From NCBI GenBank assembly GCA_964521955.1, contig CAZFTX010000002.1:28785-92784 (forward strand): a stretch of DNA of 64,000 bases, written 5' to 3'. The notes under the pieces were generated by a model. That model was not told where the DNA came from and made no database searches. It was given only the letters and a program-made list of their open reading frames with translations. Both the position numbers and the translations under genes were made by a program. Numbering within the stretch: the stretch's first letter is position 1; each line of letters opens with the position of its first letter. Positions 38,866 to 48,434 of the stretch are shown here, in pieces. Origin of the DNA: an uncultured Candidatus Saccharibacteria bacterium (lineage in GTDB: Bacteria > Patescibacteriota > Doudnabacteria > UBA920).

Positions 38866-38975
38866 TAATTTTATGATTAAATAAGATTTAATGATTGACC
38901 AAGATTTATACTGCACTAATTTTTTGTCATTCTTGATCATTCTTGATCATTCTTGATCATTTCACTCATTATACC
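38866..38975 (-). repeat. Family-2 intergenic repeat (secY-rplO spacer), variant with 3x tandem TCATTCTTGA
   Basis: Shares GATTAAATAAGATTTAATGATTGACCA...TTGTCATTCTTG with the four other copies. Confidence 0.6.
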
Positions 38976-38980
38976 ACGAC

Positions 38981-39418
38981 TTATTTACCTACAGTACCGC
39001 CGGCTTTTTCAACCGCTTCTTTTACAGAAGCTGAAACAGGAACTTTCAAATTCAATTTCTTTTTGATTTCACCTTTTAAAATTTTCACTGAGGCATGTTT
39101 CTTGTCTACCAAACCTTTGGCTTTCAAGCTTTCTAAAGTGACCGCACTGCCGTCTTCAAAAACATTTAACTTAGTCAAACTTAAAACAACGGGTTTTGTA
39201 TTTAAAGAATTAAAACCTCTAAGTTTAGGTGTTTGTCTAATTAAAGGCTGGCGACCACCTTCAAAACCTGCGGGCATTTTACTATGACCTGTTCTGGCAG
39301 TTTGTCCTTTACCACCACGGGTAGAATAAGTACCGTGTCCGCTTCCCAAACCACGACCAACAACTTTTCTGCGGTGAGTAGACTTTGGATTTCTTTTGAT
39401 TGAATGAAGTTTTAACAT
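38981..39418 (-). CDS. rplO: 50S ribosomal protein L15
   Basis: Translation plus operon position. Confidence 0.9.
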   Translation of the reverse strand: MLKLHSIKRNPKSTHRRKVVGRGLGSGHGTYSTRGGKGQTARTGHSKMPAGFEGGRQPLIRQTPKLRGFNSLNTKPVVLSLTKLNVFEDGSAVTLESLKAKGLVDKKHASVKILKGEIKKKLNLKVPVSASVKEAVEKAGGTVGK

Positions 39419-39420
39419 AT

Positions 39421-39522
39421 CTTTACTAATTACGAATCGATACTAATTTACGAATACTAAATAAATAAAATTAACCTTAGAACCAAGAATTAGTATATTT
39501 GTACTAATTCGTAATTCGTAAA
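39421..39522 (-). repeat. Family-1 intergenic MITE-like repeat (rplO-rpsE spacer)
   Basis: TACTAATTACGAAT ... ATTCGTAATTCGTA terminal inverted repeats. 8 copies in the window. Confidence 0.7.
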
Positions 39523-39524
39523 TA

Positions 39525-40022
39525 CTATTTTCTCATCTTCGCTAACTGCTCTTTGCTTTTCATCTTCTTAAAAGCTGCGAAAGTGGCTTTTACGTTGTTA
39601 ACTTTGTTATTTGAGCCAAGCATTTTGCAAACTATATTTTTAATTCCGGCAAGTTCCATAACACTACGAACAGCACCACCGGCAATAACACCTGTACCAG
39701 GCCTAGCTGGTTTTAACATTAAAGAAGAAGACTTGTACTTAATTTTAAGTTCATGAGGAATAGTTTCAGCAACTAAAGGCAAGGTTACCATGTTCTTTTT
39801 AGCAGCATTTACAGCTTTATTTACACTTTCAGAAACATCAGCGCCTTTTTTCAGACCCATACCAACTTTACCTTTATGGTCACCAATAACAACTAACGCG
39901 CGAAAACGCATGCGTTTACCACCGGCAACTACACGCGTAACTCTTTTGACTTCAACCACTTTTTGGTCAAACTCACTGCGTTCTCTGTTATCACCTTTTT
40001 GTTGTCTGCGTCTTTTTTCCAT
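39525..40022 (-). CDS. rpsE: 30S ribosomal protein S5
   Basis: Translation plus position. Confidence 0.9.
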   Translation of the reverse strand: MEKRRRQQKGDNRERSEFDQKVVEVKRVTRVVAGGKRMRFRALVVIGDHKGKVGMGLKKGADVSESVNKAVNAAKKNMVTLPLVAETIPHELKIKYKSSSLMLKPARPGTGVIAGGAVRSVMELAGIKNIVCKMLGSNNKVNNVKATFAAFKKMKSKEQLAKMRK

Positions 40023-40045
40023 AAATATATCTAAACTACTATTAA

Positions 40046-40402
40046 TTAAAACTTAAGGCCACCTTCTCTAGCTGCTTCGGCTAAAGCCTTTACTCTACCG
40101 TGATAAGCATAACCACCTCGATCAAAAACAATTTGTTTAATGCCTTTAGCTGTTGCTTTTTCTGCAACCAATTTACCAACAGCAGAAGCAATTTCGGTTT
40201 TTTTACCTTTAATCTTAACTTCTTTACTGCTGGCAGAAACTAAAGTTTTTCCTGAACTGTCATCTATAGCTTGTGCATAAATATGAGCACTTGCCTTAAA
40301 GACATTCAACCTTGGAATAGTGGCTGTGCCAAAAACACGGCTTCTGACTCGATTGTGCCTTATTTCTCTCTTTATTCGCTTATGCTTTGCTGCTGATTTC
40401 AT
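40046..40402 (-). CDS. rplR: 50S ribosomal protein L18
   Basis: Translation plus position. Confidence 0.9.
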   Translation of the reverse strand: MKSAAKHKRIKREIRHNRVRSRVFGTATIPRLNVFKASAHIYAQAIDDSSGKTLVSASSKEVKIKGKKTEIASAVGKLVAEKATAKGIKQIVFDRGGYAYHGRVKALAEAAREGGLKF

Positions 40403-40430
40403 AACTTTAAAATTAAACTAATGAGAAAGA

Positions 40431-40985
40431 CTACTTACCTCCACCGACTACTTTAACCACTTTACCGGCTTTTCTAATAATAGTTTCGTCTAAATACTTA
40501 ATTCCTTTGCCTTTGTAAGGTTCTGGTTTTTTCAGTTCTCTAACTTCTGCAGCAAACTGACCAACTCTTTGCTTGTCAGCACCGGCAATAGTAATAACGT
40601 TTTTTTCAACAGTAACGGTTAAGTCTTTTGGAATTGGTACAATTACAGGATGAGAAAACCCTAAGCGCATTTCTAAATTAGTCGTTTTCAATTCAACTTT
40701 AAAACCTACGCCGTTAATTTCCAACTTCTTTTCAAAGCCTTTAGTTACTCCGTCAGCCATATTTTGAACAAGCGAGCGGAATAAACCCCACAATGAACGT
40801 TCTTTCTTATTTTCCTTTAAAGCAACATCAACTAAAATTTCTTTTTCAGAAACAGTAACTTGAACTTTTGGATGAATTTCCAAAACCAAAGTACCCTTAG
40901 GACCGGTGACAGTCAAAGTATTGTCTTTCATTTCTGCCTTAACTCCTGCAGAAAGCACTATTGGTTTTTTTCCTATTCTAGACAT
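40431..40985 (-). CDS. rplF: 50S ribosomal protein L6
   Basis: Translation plus position. Confidence 0.9.
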   Translation of the reverse strand: MSRIGKKPIVLSAGVKAEMKDNTLTVTGPKGTLVLEIHPKVQVTVSEKEILVDVALKENKKERSLWGLFRSLVQNMADGVTKGFEKKLEINGVGFKVELKTTNLEMRLGFSHPVIVPIPKDLTVTVEKNVITIAGADKQRVGQFAAEVRELKKPEPYKGKGIKYLDETIIRKAGKVVKVVGGGK

Positions 40986-41092
40986 AATATAATTTCTCGA
41001 TTAAATAAAATTTATGAATTGACCATAATTTATTCTTGCGGTAATTTTTGTCACTCTTGGCAATTTTGATCATTTTTGGTCATTTACTTTAC
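40986..41092 (-). repeat. Family-2 intergenic repeat (rplF-rpsH spacer)
   Basis: About 90% identical to 41482-41588. Confidence 0.7.
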
Positions 41093-41481
41093 CAGATCTG
41101 ACAAATAACTTCCCCGCCTAAATGGGCTTTACGAGCTTGCTTGTCGCTCATGAGGCCTTTGGAAGTAGAAACCACTGTAACTCCGAAACCACTGTTAGTT
41201 CTTGGCAGCTTTTCTACGGACAAGTAAATTCTCTGCCCTGGTTTGCTAACTCTCTTTACACCAGAAATAACCGGATCGCCTTCTGTAGAATATTTTAAAC
41301 CAATCTGTAATTGCTTTATTTTACCCGTTATTTCTTGCACGCTTGAAACAAAACCTTCCTTTAAAAGCATGTTAGCCAGGTTTGCTTTAAACTTTGAGTA
41401 TGGCAAAACCAGGTCGCCTTTTTTAGCGGCTGTTGCGTTGCGAATTCTGGTTAACATGTCAGATATTGGATCGGTATACAT
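41089..41481 (-). CDS. rpsH: 30S ribosomal protein S8
   Basis: Translation plus position. Confidence 0.9.
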   Translation of the reverse strand: MYTDPISDMLTRIRNATAAKKGDLVLPYSKFKANLANMLLKEGFVSSVQEITGKIKQLQIGLKYSTEGDPVISGVKRVSKPGQRIYLSVEKLPRTNSGFGVTVVSTSKGLMSDKQARKAHLGGEVICQIW

Positions 41482-41588
41482 AATATAATTTCTTGATTAA
41501 ATAAAATTTATGAATTGACCATGATTTATTCTTGCAGTAATCTTTGTCATTCTTGGCAATTTTGATCATTTTTGGTCATTTACTTTAC
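41482..41588 (-). repeat. Family-2 intergenic repeat (rpsH-rpsZ spacer)
   Basis: Near-identical to 40986-41092. Confidence 0.7.
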
Positions 41589-41779
41589 CAGCTTGCTTTG
41601 ACTACTCCCGGAATTTCACCTTTACTAGCCAATTCTCTAAAGCAAATACGACACATATTGAAGTCTCTCATATAGCCGGCTTTTCTGCCGCATTTCCAAC
41701 AGCGTCTAATTATTCTGGTAGAATACTTAGCCTTAACCATACTTCTTTTTGCTCGTGCAATATGTGCTTTTGTAGCCAT
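41585..41779 (-). CDS. rpsZ: 30S ribosomal protein S14 type Z (zinc-binding)
   Basis: 64 aa with [20 protein letters not shown]ys4. Confidence 0.85.
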   Translation of the reverse strand: MATKAHIARAKRSMVKAKYSTRIIRRCWKCGRKAGYMRDFNMCRICFRELASKGEIPGVVKASW

Positions 41780-41798
41780 TTTCTAAAATTAATCTTAA

Positions 41799-42338
41799 TT
41801 ACTGCTTAAAGGGGAAACCCATCTCTTTTAATAATTCTCGGGAAACGTCGTCATTACCTGAATTGATTACAATTGTAACTTCCATTCCAAATATATGTTC
41901 TAAAGCTGCAGAAGAAATTTCCGGAAAAACCAAATGTTCTTTTAAACCCAAGTTATAGTTACCTCTGCCATCAAAACCTTTTGAGGAAACACCTTGAAAG
42001 TCTCTAACTCTTGGCAGGGAAATGTTAATTAACTTGTCCAGGAAACTATACATTCTAAAGCCTCTTAAGGTGGCAGTCAAGCCAACGATTTGGTTTTCTC
42101 TAACCTTAAATCCTGCAATGGACTTTCTAGCTTTAGTTCTCACCGGAGCTTGGCCCAAAATTTGCTTTAAGTCTTCAACCATTTTATCAACGGTTTTTGA
42201 ATCCTTAATAAGCTTACCAATACCTACGTTAATAACAATTTTCTGCACCTTAGGCACTTCCATAACATTCTTAAAACTGAACTTCTTTTTCAAGCTTGGT
42301 ACAATGTCTTTATTAAATTTTTCCTGTAATCTTTCCAT
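41799..42338 (-). CDS. rplE: 50S ribosomal protein L5
   Basis: Translation plus position. Confidence 0.9.
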   Translation of the reverse strand: MERLQEKFNKDIVPSLKKKFSFKNVMEVPKVQKIVINVGIGKLIKDSKTVDKMVEDLKQILGQAPVRTKARKSIAGFKVRENQIVGLTATLRGFRMYSFLDKLINISLPRVRDFQGVSSKGFDGRGNYNLGLKEHLVFPEISSAALEHIFGMEVTIVINSGNDDVSRELLKEMGFPFKQ

Positions 42339-42344
42339 AATAGT

Positions 42345-42472
42345 TTATTCCTTATTGATTCTCTCTCCAGGAGATGGAGAGAGTTAGAGAGAGGTCGGAT
42401 TTTTCAAACCTCTCTGTCCCGATTTCATCGGGACATCTCCCCATGCATTGGGGAGAACAGTATTGTACTTCG
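42345..42472 (-). ncRNA. rplX-rplE spacer containing four consecutive GC-rich hairpins. Candidate structured leader or processing element.
   Basis: CTCTCTCC..GGAGAGAG, AGAGAGAGG..CCTCTCTGT, GTCCCGAT-ttca-TCGGGAC, TCTCCCCA-tgcat-TGGGGAGA, read directly. Confidence 0.35.
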
Positions 42473-42474
42473 TT

Positions 42475-42798
42475 CTATACGGGCTTTCCACTGTCTTTAC
42501 CTATTCTTTGCTTTACACCACTTTCTGTAAACTTATATCCTATACGACTGGGATTACCTGAGTTACTGTCTATAAGTATCAGCTTGGAAACGGACATACC
42601 GGCTGGAAACTGAATCTTCTTGCCCGGTTCGCCGGCTTTCTTACTTCTCTCAAAGCGAGTATGAACGTTAATGTTCTCAACAACCACTTTACCAAGTTTT
42701 GGTAAAACGGTAAGAACTTTACCAGTTTTGCCCTTGTCTTTACCAGAAAGGACTTTAACTGTGTCGCCTTTTTTAATTTTCATCTTTGCAATCTTCAT
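42475..42798 (-). CDS. rplX: 50S ribosomal protein L24
   Basis: KOW motif. Position. Confidence 0.9.
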   Translation of the reverse strand: MKIAKMKIKKGDTVKVLSGKDKGKTGKVLTVLPKLGKVVVENINVHTRFERSKKAGEPGKKIQFPAGMSVSKLILIDSNSGNPSRIGYKFTESGVKQRIGKDSGKPV

Positions 42799-42800
42799 AC

Positions 42801-42900
42801 CTTTACAAATTACGAATTGATACTAATATACGAATCTTTAATAAATAAGTTTTTCTTTGGAATCATGAATTAGTATATTTGTACTAATTCGTAATTCGTA
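42801..42900 (-). repeat. Family-1 repeat (rplX-rplN spacer)
   Basis: As for the family. Confidence 0.7.
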
Positions 42901-42904
42901 CTTT

Positions 42905-43297
42905 CTATATGACTTCCGGGGCAAGGGAAATTATTTTCTTAAAACCATCTTTATAATTACCCAAAGCTTTTTCACGAATCTCTCTCGGAATTGGCCCGAA
43001 AATACGGGTTCCCTTAGGTTCGCCGGTTTCTTTGTTTACCAACACCCCGGCATTCTCATCAAAGCGAATATAGGAACCGTCTTTTCTGCGAATTTCTTTG
43101 CGTAAACGTACAATCACAGCATATACTTTATCACCCTTTTTTACAGAAGAATTTGGAGAAACTTGTCTTACAGAACCCGCAACAATGTCACCCACAGTAG
43201 CAAAACGATTACTGTTTTTACCGTTCACGCTAAACACATTAACGACTTTCGCGCCGGTGTTATCTGCTATTTTAATGTAAGATCTTACTTGTAACAT
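42905..43297 (-). CDS. rplN: 50S ribosomal protein L14
   Basis: Translation plus position. Confidence 0.9.
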   Translation of the reverse strand: MLQVRSYIKIADNTGAKVVNVFSVNGKNSNRFATVGDIVAGSVRQVSPNSSVKKGDKVYAVIVRLRKEIRRKDGSYIRFDENAGVLVNKETGEPKGTRIFGPIPREIREKALGNYKDGFKKIISLAPEVI

Positions 43298-43298
43298 A

Positions 43299-43402
43299 CT
43301 TTTACCAATTACGAATAGATACTAATATACGAATATTTAATAAATAGGGTTTTTCTTTGAAATCAGGAATTAGTATATTCGTACTAATTCGTAATTCGTA
43401 AA
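43299..43402 (-). repeat. Family-1 repeat (rplN-rpsQ spacer)
   Basis: As for the family. Confidence 0.7.
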
Positions 43403-43403
43403 C

Positions 43404-43649
43404 TTATACTTTTCTTACTACTTTAAACCTCTTATCTTTACTCTTTGGAGCAATGGATTCTATTTCTACCTTTTCACCAGTCTTGTATTCGTTTTTCTCG
43501 TCATGAGCTTTAAATCTTTTGGAAACTGTATAAGACTTGTGATATTTGGCATGCCTCTTACGCATATCTACCTTGACCACTACGGTTTTATCCATTTTGT
43601 CAGAAACAACCAAGCCAATCATTAATTGTTTTTTAGAAGTAATTGTCAT
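43404..43649 (-). CDS. rpsQ: 30S ribosomal protein S17
   Basis: Translation plus position. Confidence 0.9.
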   Translation of the reverse strand: MTITSKKQLMIGLVVSDKMDKTVVVKVDMRKRHAKYHKSYTVSKRFKAHDEKNEYKTGEKVEIESIAPKSKDKRFKVVRKV

Positions 43650-43658
43650 ATATAAAAA

Positions 43659-43862
43659 TTATTTACTCTCGCTTGAAACTTTAATATTACCTAAAAAAGT
43701 CATTACTCTAGCAATATCTTTTTTAACCTGCCCTAATTTACTTACGTTCTTTAACTGGTTCAGTTTTAACTTCAAAGTCAAATCATGCGCTTCCGACTTT
43801 AAGTCTTGGAGCATTTTCTTTACTTCGGCTTCAGATTTGGTTGTAAGTTCTTTGTACTTCAT
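43659..43862 (-). CDS. rpmC: 50S ribosomal protein L29
   Basis: Translation plus position. Confidence 0.85.
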   Translation of the reverse strand: MKYKELTTKSEAEVKKMLQDLKSEAHDLTLKLKLNQLKNVSKLGQVKKDIARVMTFLGNIKVSSESK

Positions 43863-43966
43863 CTTTTACTAATTACGAATAGATACTAATATACGAATCT
43901 TTAATAAATAGGGTTTTCTTTGGAATCAGGAATTAGTATATTCGTACTAATTCGTAATTCGTAAAA
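43863..43966 (-). repeat. Family-1 repeat (rpmC-rplP spacer)
   Basis: As for the family. Confidence 0.7.
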
Positions 43967-43969
43967 TTT

Positions 43970-44386
43970 CTACCCGCGGTGTTCTTTTTCTAAAAATTTA
44001 GATTTAACCGGCAGTTTGTAACTGGCAAGCCTCATGGCTTCCTGAGCTTGTTCTTTAGTAACTCCGTCCATTTCAAACAAAATTTTCCCTTTTTTTACAA
44101 CTGCTACAAAATGGTCAACCGCACCTTTACCTCCACCCATAGGACTTTCGTTTCCATGCACAGTTACAGGCTTGTCAGCAAAAACGCGAATCCAAATCTT
44201 ACCGCCTCTTTGTACGTATCTGGTCATGGCGCGCCTGGCGGACTCAATTTGTCTTGCAGTCACCCAAGAACCTTCAACAGCTTTAAGGGCAAAAGTACCG
44301 AAAGCAATCTGCTCACCGGCAGTTGCTTGGCCTTTAGTGTCACCACGGTGGTGTTTGCGGTGTTTTAATTTTTTAGGGATAAACAT
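43970..44386 (-). CDS. rplP: 50S ribosomal protein L16
   Basis: Translation plus position. Confidence 0.9.
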   Translation of the reverse strand: MFIPKKLKHRKHHRGDTKGQATAGEQIAFGTFALKAVEGSWVTARQIESARRAMTRYVQRGGKIWIRVFADKPVTVHGNESPMGGGKGAVDHFVAVVKKGKILFEMDGVTKEQAQEAMRLASYKLPVKSKFLEKEHRG

Positions 44387-44430
44387 ATCTTTACGAATTA
44401 CGAATCAATACTAATTTACGAATAATTAAA
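44387..44430 (-). repeat. Family-1 repeat, left half only (rplP-rpsC spacer)
   Basis: CTTTACGAATTACGAATCAATACTAATTTACGAAT then diverges. Confidence 0.55.
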
Positions 44431-44433
44431 TAG

Positions 44434-45111
44434 TTATGCTTTTTCTACTACACTTTTCTTAGCTTCAACATTTTTTTCCTGGAAAACATCACCTTTGTAA
44501 ATCCATACCTTTACACCAACAGTTCCGTAAGTAGTGTAAGCTGTACTTCGAGCAAAATCAATCTCAGCTCTTAAAGTATGTAAAGGAATTTTTCCTGAAG
44601 AAAGGTGTTCAGTTCTGGCAATTTCTGCGCCATTGAGCCTACCACCAATTGCAACTTTTGCTCCCTTAGCGCCGGCATTCATAACTTGTTCCAAAGCTTG
44701 CTTCATGAGTCTTCTGAAAGCTACGCGTTTTTCAATCTGTTCTGTAATAAAGTCGGCAATAACTTGAGCTTGAAGGTTAACTTCCCGAATCTCCTCTATA
44801 TTAATCTTCAATTCTTTCTTAATATTCAACTTAGCCTTAACCTTCTTCTTTAAATCTTCAATTCCTGCGCCACCTTTACCAATAATCAAACCCGGTTTAG
44901 TAGTTTTAATAACCACAGTAATTGTTCCATCGTTAAAGCGTTCAATATCAACTCTAACTAACCCGGCCTTTTTAAGATGTTTTTCCAAATAAGTACGAAT
45001 TTTAACGTCTTCCTGAAGCTGTTCTCTGTAAGCGCCACGAGAAAACCACTTGGATTTCCAAGTATCGGTAATTTTAAGTCTTAATGAAGTTGGGTTAATC
45101 TTATGTCCCAT
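44434..45111 (-). CDS. rpsC: 30S ribosomal protein S3
   Basis: KH domain and S3 C-terminal domain. Confidence 0.9.
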   Translation of the reverse strand: MGHKINPTSLRLKITDTWKSKWFSRGAYREQLQEDVKIRTYLEKHLKKAGLVRVDIERFNDGTITVVIKTTKPGLIIGKGGAGIEDLKKKVKAKLNIKKELKINIEEIREVNLQAQVIADFITEQIEKRVAFRRLMKQALEQVMNAGAKGAKVAIGGRLNGAEIARTEHLSSGKIPLHTLRAEIDFARSTAYTTYGTVGVKVWIYKGDVFQEKNVEAKKSVVEKA

Positions 45112-45125
45112 AAATCTTTACTAAT

Positions 45126-45230
45126 TACGAATCAATACTAATTTACGAATTGGTTAATAAATAAGGTTTTTTTTAGAATCAGGAATTAGTATATTCGTAC
45201 TAATTCGTAATTCGTAAAAAGTTATTCTCC
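45126..45230 (-). repeat. Family-1 repeat (rpsC-rplV spacer)
   Basis: As for the family. Confidence 0.7.
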
Positions 45231-45797
45231 CGACTTTCTGTTAAAGAGTCTGCGCTTTTGAGTAACTGTGTTCATCTTTCTTTGTTCGTCAGTCTTAATT
45301 ACTCTCTGCTTCTTTACTTCCTTAACTTTCTTTTCACCTTCAACTGCTTGTTCCGGTATCTTACCTTCCACTACTTCGTCTTTCTTTGCTTTTAAGAAGT
45401 CTAAATTCCTGCCGGCCTTTTTACCTTTCGCTACTTTTTCTTCCAAAACAATGTTTATATGAGACATCTTTCTGCGGATAACGAAAGCACTGCCACGAGC
45501 TCTTGGAAAATATCTCTTCATTACTTTACCCATGTCGGCGGTAATGCTTTTAATAACTAAACTTGCCGGGTCTAAGGCAAAGTTATGTTGAGCGTTGGCA
45601 ACTGCAGACTTAATAAGTTTTAAAACCATTGGGGCAGCTTTTTTGGTCGTATGCTGAAGTTCTACCATTGCATCCACTACGTTCATACCTTTGACCAAGT
45701 TTGTAACCAATCGCACCTTTCGTGGCGCAATATGAAGATCCTTGGCAAATGCCGTGACAAGTTTTGGGGTATTAAGTTTTTTAATTGCTGCGGTCAT
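45222..45797 (-). CDS. rplV: 50S ribosomal protein L22 (with extended basic C-terminus)
   Basis: L22 core plus about 70 aa Lys/Glu-rich tail. Confidence 0.85.
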   Translation of the reverse strand: MTAAIKKLNTPKLVTAFAKDLHIAPRKVRLVTNLVKGMNVVDAMVELQHTTKKAAPMVLKLIKSAVANAQHNFALDPASLVIKSITADMGKVMKRYFPRARGSAFVIRRKMSHINIVLEEKVAKGKKAGRNLDFLKAKKDEVVEGKIPEQAVEGEKKVKEVKKQRVIKTDEQRKMNTVTQKRRLFNRKSGE

Positions 45798-45906
45798 GTA
45801 CGTAATTGATCAAGATTAAATAAGATTTATTGATTGACAATGATTTAAATTGCAGTAATTTTTGTCATTCTTGGCAATTTTGATCATTTTTGGTCATTTA
45901 CTTTAC
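45798..45906 (-). repeat. Family-2 repeat (rplV-rpsS spacer)
   Basis: As for the family. Confidence 0.7.
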
Positions 45907-46235
45907 TTCTTGGCTGGTGTCTTTGCTTCATCCATCTTAGCTTTTTCTGCTGCGGCGGCTGCTAACTCTTGGTCTTTAGCCATTTTACCACCATGACGGT
46001 TAAACTTACGCGTTAAAGCAAATTCACCCAATTTATGTCCAACCATATTTTCAGTCACAAAAACTGACACGTGAGTTCGGCCATTATGCACTAAAAAAGT
46101 AAATCCGACAAACTCAGGTGCAATAGCCGAATCCCTAGACCAAGTTTTAATTTGGTCCTTGCCGGCTTTGCCTGCCAAAACTTTTTTTACAAGTTTTGGG
46201 TCAATATATGGTCCTTTTTTTAAACTTCTAGACAT
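45903..46235 (-). CDS. rpsS: 30S ribosomal protein S19
   Basis: Translation plus position. Confidence 0.9.
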   Translation of the reverse strand: MSRSLKKGPYIDPKLVKKVLAGKAGKDQIKTWSRDSAIAPEFVGFTFLVHNGRTHVSVFVTENMVGHKLGEFALTRKFNRHGGKMAKDQELAAAAAEKAKMDEAKTPAKK

Positions 46236-46237
46236 AT

Positions 46238-46322
46238 TTTTACTAATTACGAATTTTAATAAATAGGTTGTTTCTTTAGAATCAAGAATTAGTATATTCG
46301 TACCAATTCGTAATTCGTAAAA
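46238..46322 (-). repeat. Family-1 repeat, internally deleted copy (rpsS-rplB spacer)
   Basis: Both terminal inverted repeats retained; middle shortened. Confidence 0.6.
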
Positions 46323-46324
46323 AA

Positions 46325-47161
46325 CTACTTGCTTCTGCGCTTAATAATCATGTGGTTACTGTATTTCTTCTTAAGTCTGGTCTTAACACCCATTGCATGT
46401 TTACCCCACGGAGTCTTTGGATACTTCATACCAATTGGGTTATGACCTTCACCACCACCATGAGGGTGATCTACCGGGTTCATGGCTTTACCACGAACAG
46501 TTGGACGTATGCCCATGTGTCTGGACCTACCGGCTTTTCCAATTCTGACATTCATCCAGTCTGCGTTAGCTAACTGACCCATAGTTGCAGCACAAGTGTC
46601 TTTAATCTTGCGAATTTCACCTGAAGGCATTTTCAAAAGTGCATAACCTGCTTCCATGTTCTGTAAAATAGCATAAGCACCGGCACTGCGAGCAATTCTT
46701 CCGCCTTGGCCCGGAGCTAACTCAATGTCGTGAATAAAACTTCCAACCGGAATATTTTTTAAAGCTAAACGGTTACCGGGTAAAATTTCAGCTGTGTCAC
46801 TAAACATAACTCTGTCACCAACTTTTAAACCTTGTGGGGTTAAAATATAGCGCTTTACACCGTCCGCATATGCAAGTAAGGAAATAAAAGCGGTACGTCC
46901 CGGGTCGTATTCAACGGTCTTAACTAAAGCTGGAACATTCTTTTTATCTGTTCTGGAAAAATCTAAAATTCTAAGTTTTTTTCTTGCACCGCCGCCATGA
47001 TGTCTAACACTAATTTTTCCGCTGTTGTTTCGGCCACCAGCTCTGCCTTTAGCAACTACCATCCCTTTTGGGGTTTTGGACTTTTTATGCAATACCGAAT
47101 AGTCGGTCACACTGTGAATGCGCCTGCCTGCGGATGTTGGTTTGTAAAGTTTAACGGCCAT
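46325..47161 (-). CDS. rplB: 50S ribosomal protein L2
   Basis: Translation plus position. Confidence 0.9.
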   Translation of the reverse strand: MAVKLYKPTSAGRRIHSVTDYSVLHKKSKTPKGMVVAKGRAGGRNNSGKISVRHHGGGARKKLRILDFSRTDKKNVPALVKTVEYDPGRTAFISLLAYADGVKRYILTPQGLKVGDRVMFSDTAEILPGNRLALKNIPVGSFIHDIELAPGQGGRIARSAGAYAILQNMEAGYALLKMPSGEIRKIKDTCAATMGQLANADWMNVRIGKAGRSRHMGIRPTVRGKAMNPVDHPHGGGEGHNPIGMKYPKTPWGKHAMGVKTRLKKKYSNHMIIKRRSK

Positions 47162-47243
47162 AATATTTTAGTTGAAAGTTATCAGGTTATAAAGTTTTTA
47201 AAGTAATTACTTGATGAACTTGAAGGACTTTATAAACTTGTTA

Positions 47244-47600
47244 CTAAACTGCTTCAGCTGTGGCAATTCTGTCACCTTTTCTTAAAGTTACAATTGCTTT
47301 CTTAAAGTCAGAAGTTCTACCGGCCATGTTTTTAAAATTCCTTGTCTTGCCTTGCATCTTAACAATATTGACTCTGACAACTCTAACTTTATAGGAAGTT
47401 TCAATAGCTTTTTTAACTTCAATCTTGTTGGCTTTATTGGCAACCACGAAAACATACTTGTCTTGACTGTTGAGCTTTGTGGCTTTTTCGGAAATTCTTG
47501 GCTGCACAATCACTGACTGTAGCGCAACTGAAGACATTAAGACTTCTTGGGAAGCCTCTTGTTTCTCTGGGGTTTCAGTTTTTTTAGTAAATAAAGCCAT
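47244..47600 (-). CDS. rplW: 50S ribosomal protein L23 (possibly starting at the internal Met, ~47537)
   Basis: Translation plus position. Confidence 0.8.
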   Translation of the reverse strand: MALFTKKTETPEKQEASQEVLMSSVALQSVIVQPRISEKATKLNSQDKYVFVVANKANKIEVKKAIETSYKVRVVRVNIVKMQGKTRNFKNMAGRTSDFKKAIVTLRKGDRIATAEAV

Positions 47601-47692
47601 AAACTAATTTAAAATCCTAATTATTCGAATTCGTATCCCAATGCTCCGAAAATTTTATTTGGATCATTAGGATAGAATTAGGGTTATTCGGA

Positions 47693-48352
47693 TTATGTTG
47701 TCTTCTTAATATCTTTTAAATATGTTTTTTCAATTACTGCAAGACTGTCTTTAAAAACTAACAAGCTATCAGACTTTAAAACATCCACCACATTCATACT
47801 GTTAGCTAACATATAGTTAATTCCCGGAACGTTTCTTAAAGCACGGGAAATGTTTTTATCGCTCTTAGGGACAACTAGAGTAACTTTTGTACCAATTTCC
47901 TTAATCGCTTTTTTAAAACCGGCTAAAACTTTAACAAATTCTTTAGTCTTCACTGGTTCTAAAACTATTCGGTCAACAACCACAAAATTTCCGTGTTTAA
48001 CCTTGTCTGAAACGCACATAAACAAAGCCTGTTTTTTAGCTTTCTTATTTATCTTCAATTCCCAGTTACGGCTTGCTCTTGGACCAAAAGTCACACCACC
48101 ATGTCTCCAAATAGGACTGCGGATACTACCAACGCGGGCTCTACCTGTTCCTTTTTGCTTCCAGGGTTTTTTACCACCACCGGCAACTTCGCCTCGAGTT
48201 TTGGTGTTTGAAGTCCCTTTGCGAGCACCTCTTTGCTGAATCCTTACCGCTTCTGCAACCAAATGTTCTTTTGGAGCAACGCCAAAAATCTTGGAATTGA
48301 GTTCCACTTCACCAACATTTTCAGCTTTTTGGTTATAGACTGGTAATTTCAT
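47693..48352 (-). CDS. rplD: 50S ribosomal protein L4
   Basis: Translation plus position. Confidence 0.9.
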   Translation of the reverse strand: MKLPVYNQKAENVGEVELNSKIFGVAPKEHLVAEAVRIQQRGARKGTSNTKTRGEVAGGGKKPWKQKGTGRARVGSIRSPIWRHGGVTFGPRASRNWELKINKKAKKQALFMCVSDKVKHGNFVVVDRIVLEPVKTKEFVKVLAGFKKAIKEIGTKVTLVVPKSDKNISRALRNVPGINYMLANSMNVVDVLKSDSLLVFKDSLAVIEKTYLKDIKKTT

Positions 48353-48353
48353 A

Positions 48354-48432
48354 CTTTACTAATATACGAATCTTTAATAAATAAGTTTTTTCTTTGGAAT
48401 CAGGAATTAGTATATTCGTACTAATTCGTAAA
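48354..48432 (-). repeat. Family-1 repeat, 5'-truncated copy (rplD-rplC spacer)
   Basis: Right half and right terminal inverted repeat retained. Confidence 0.6.
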
Positions 48433-48434
48433 AA

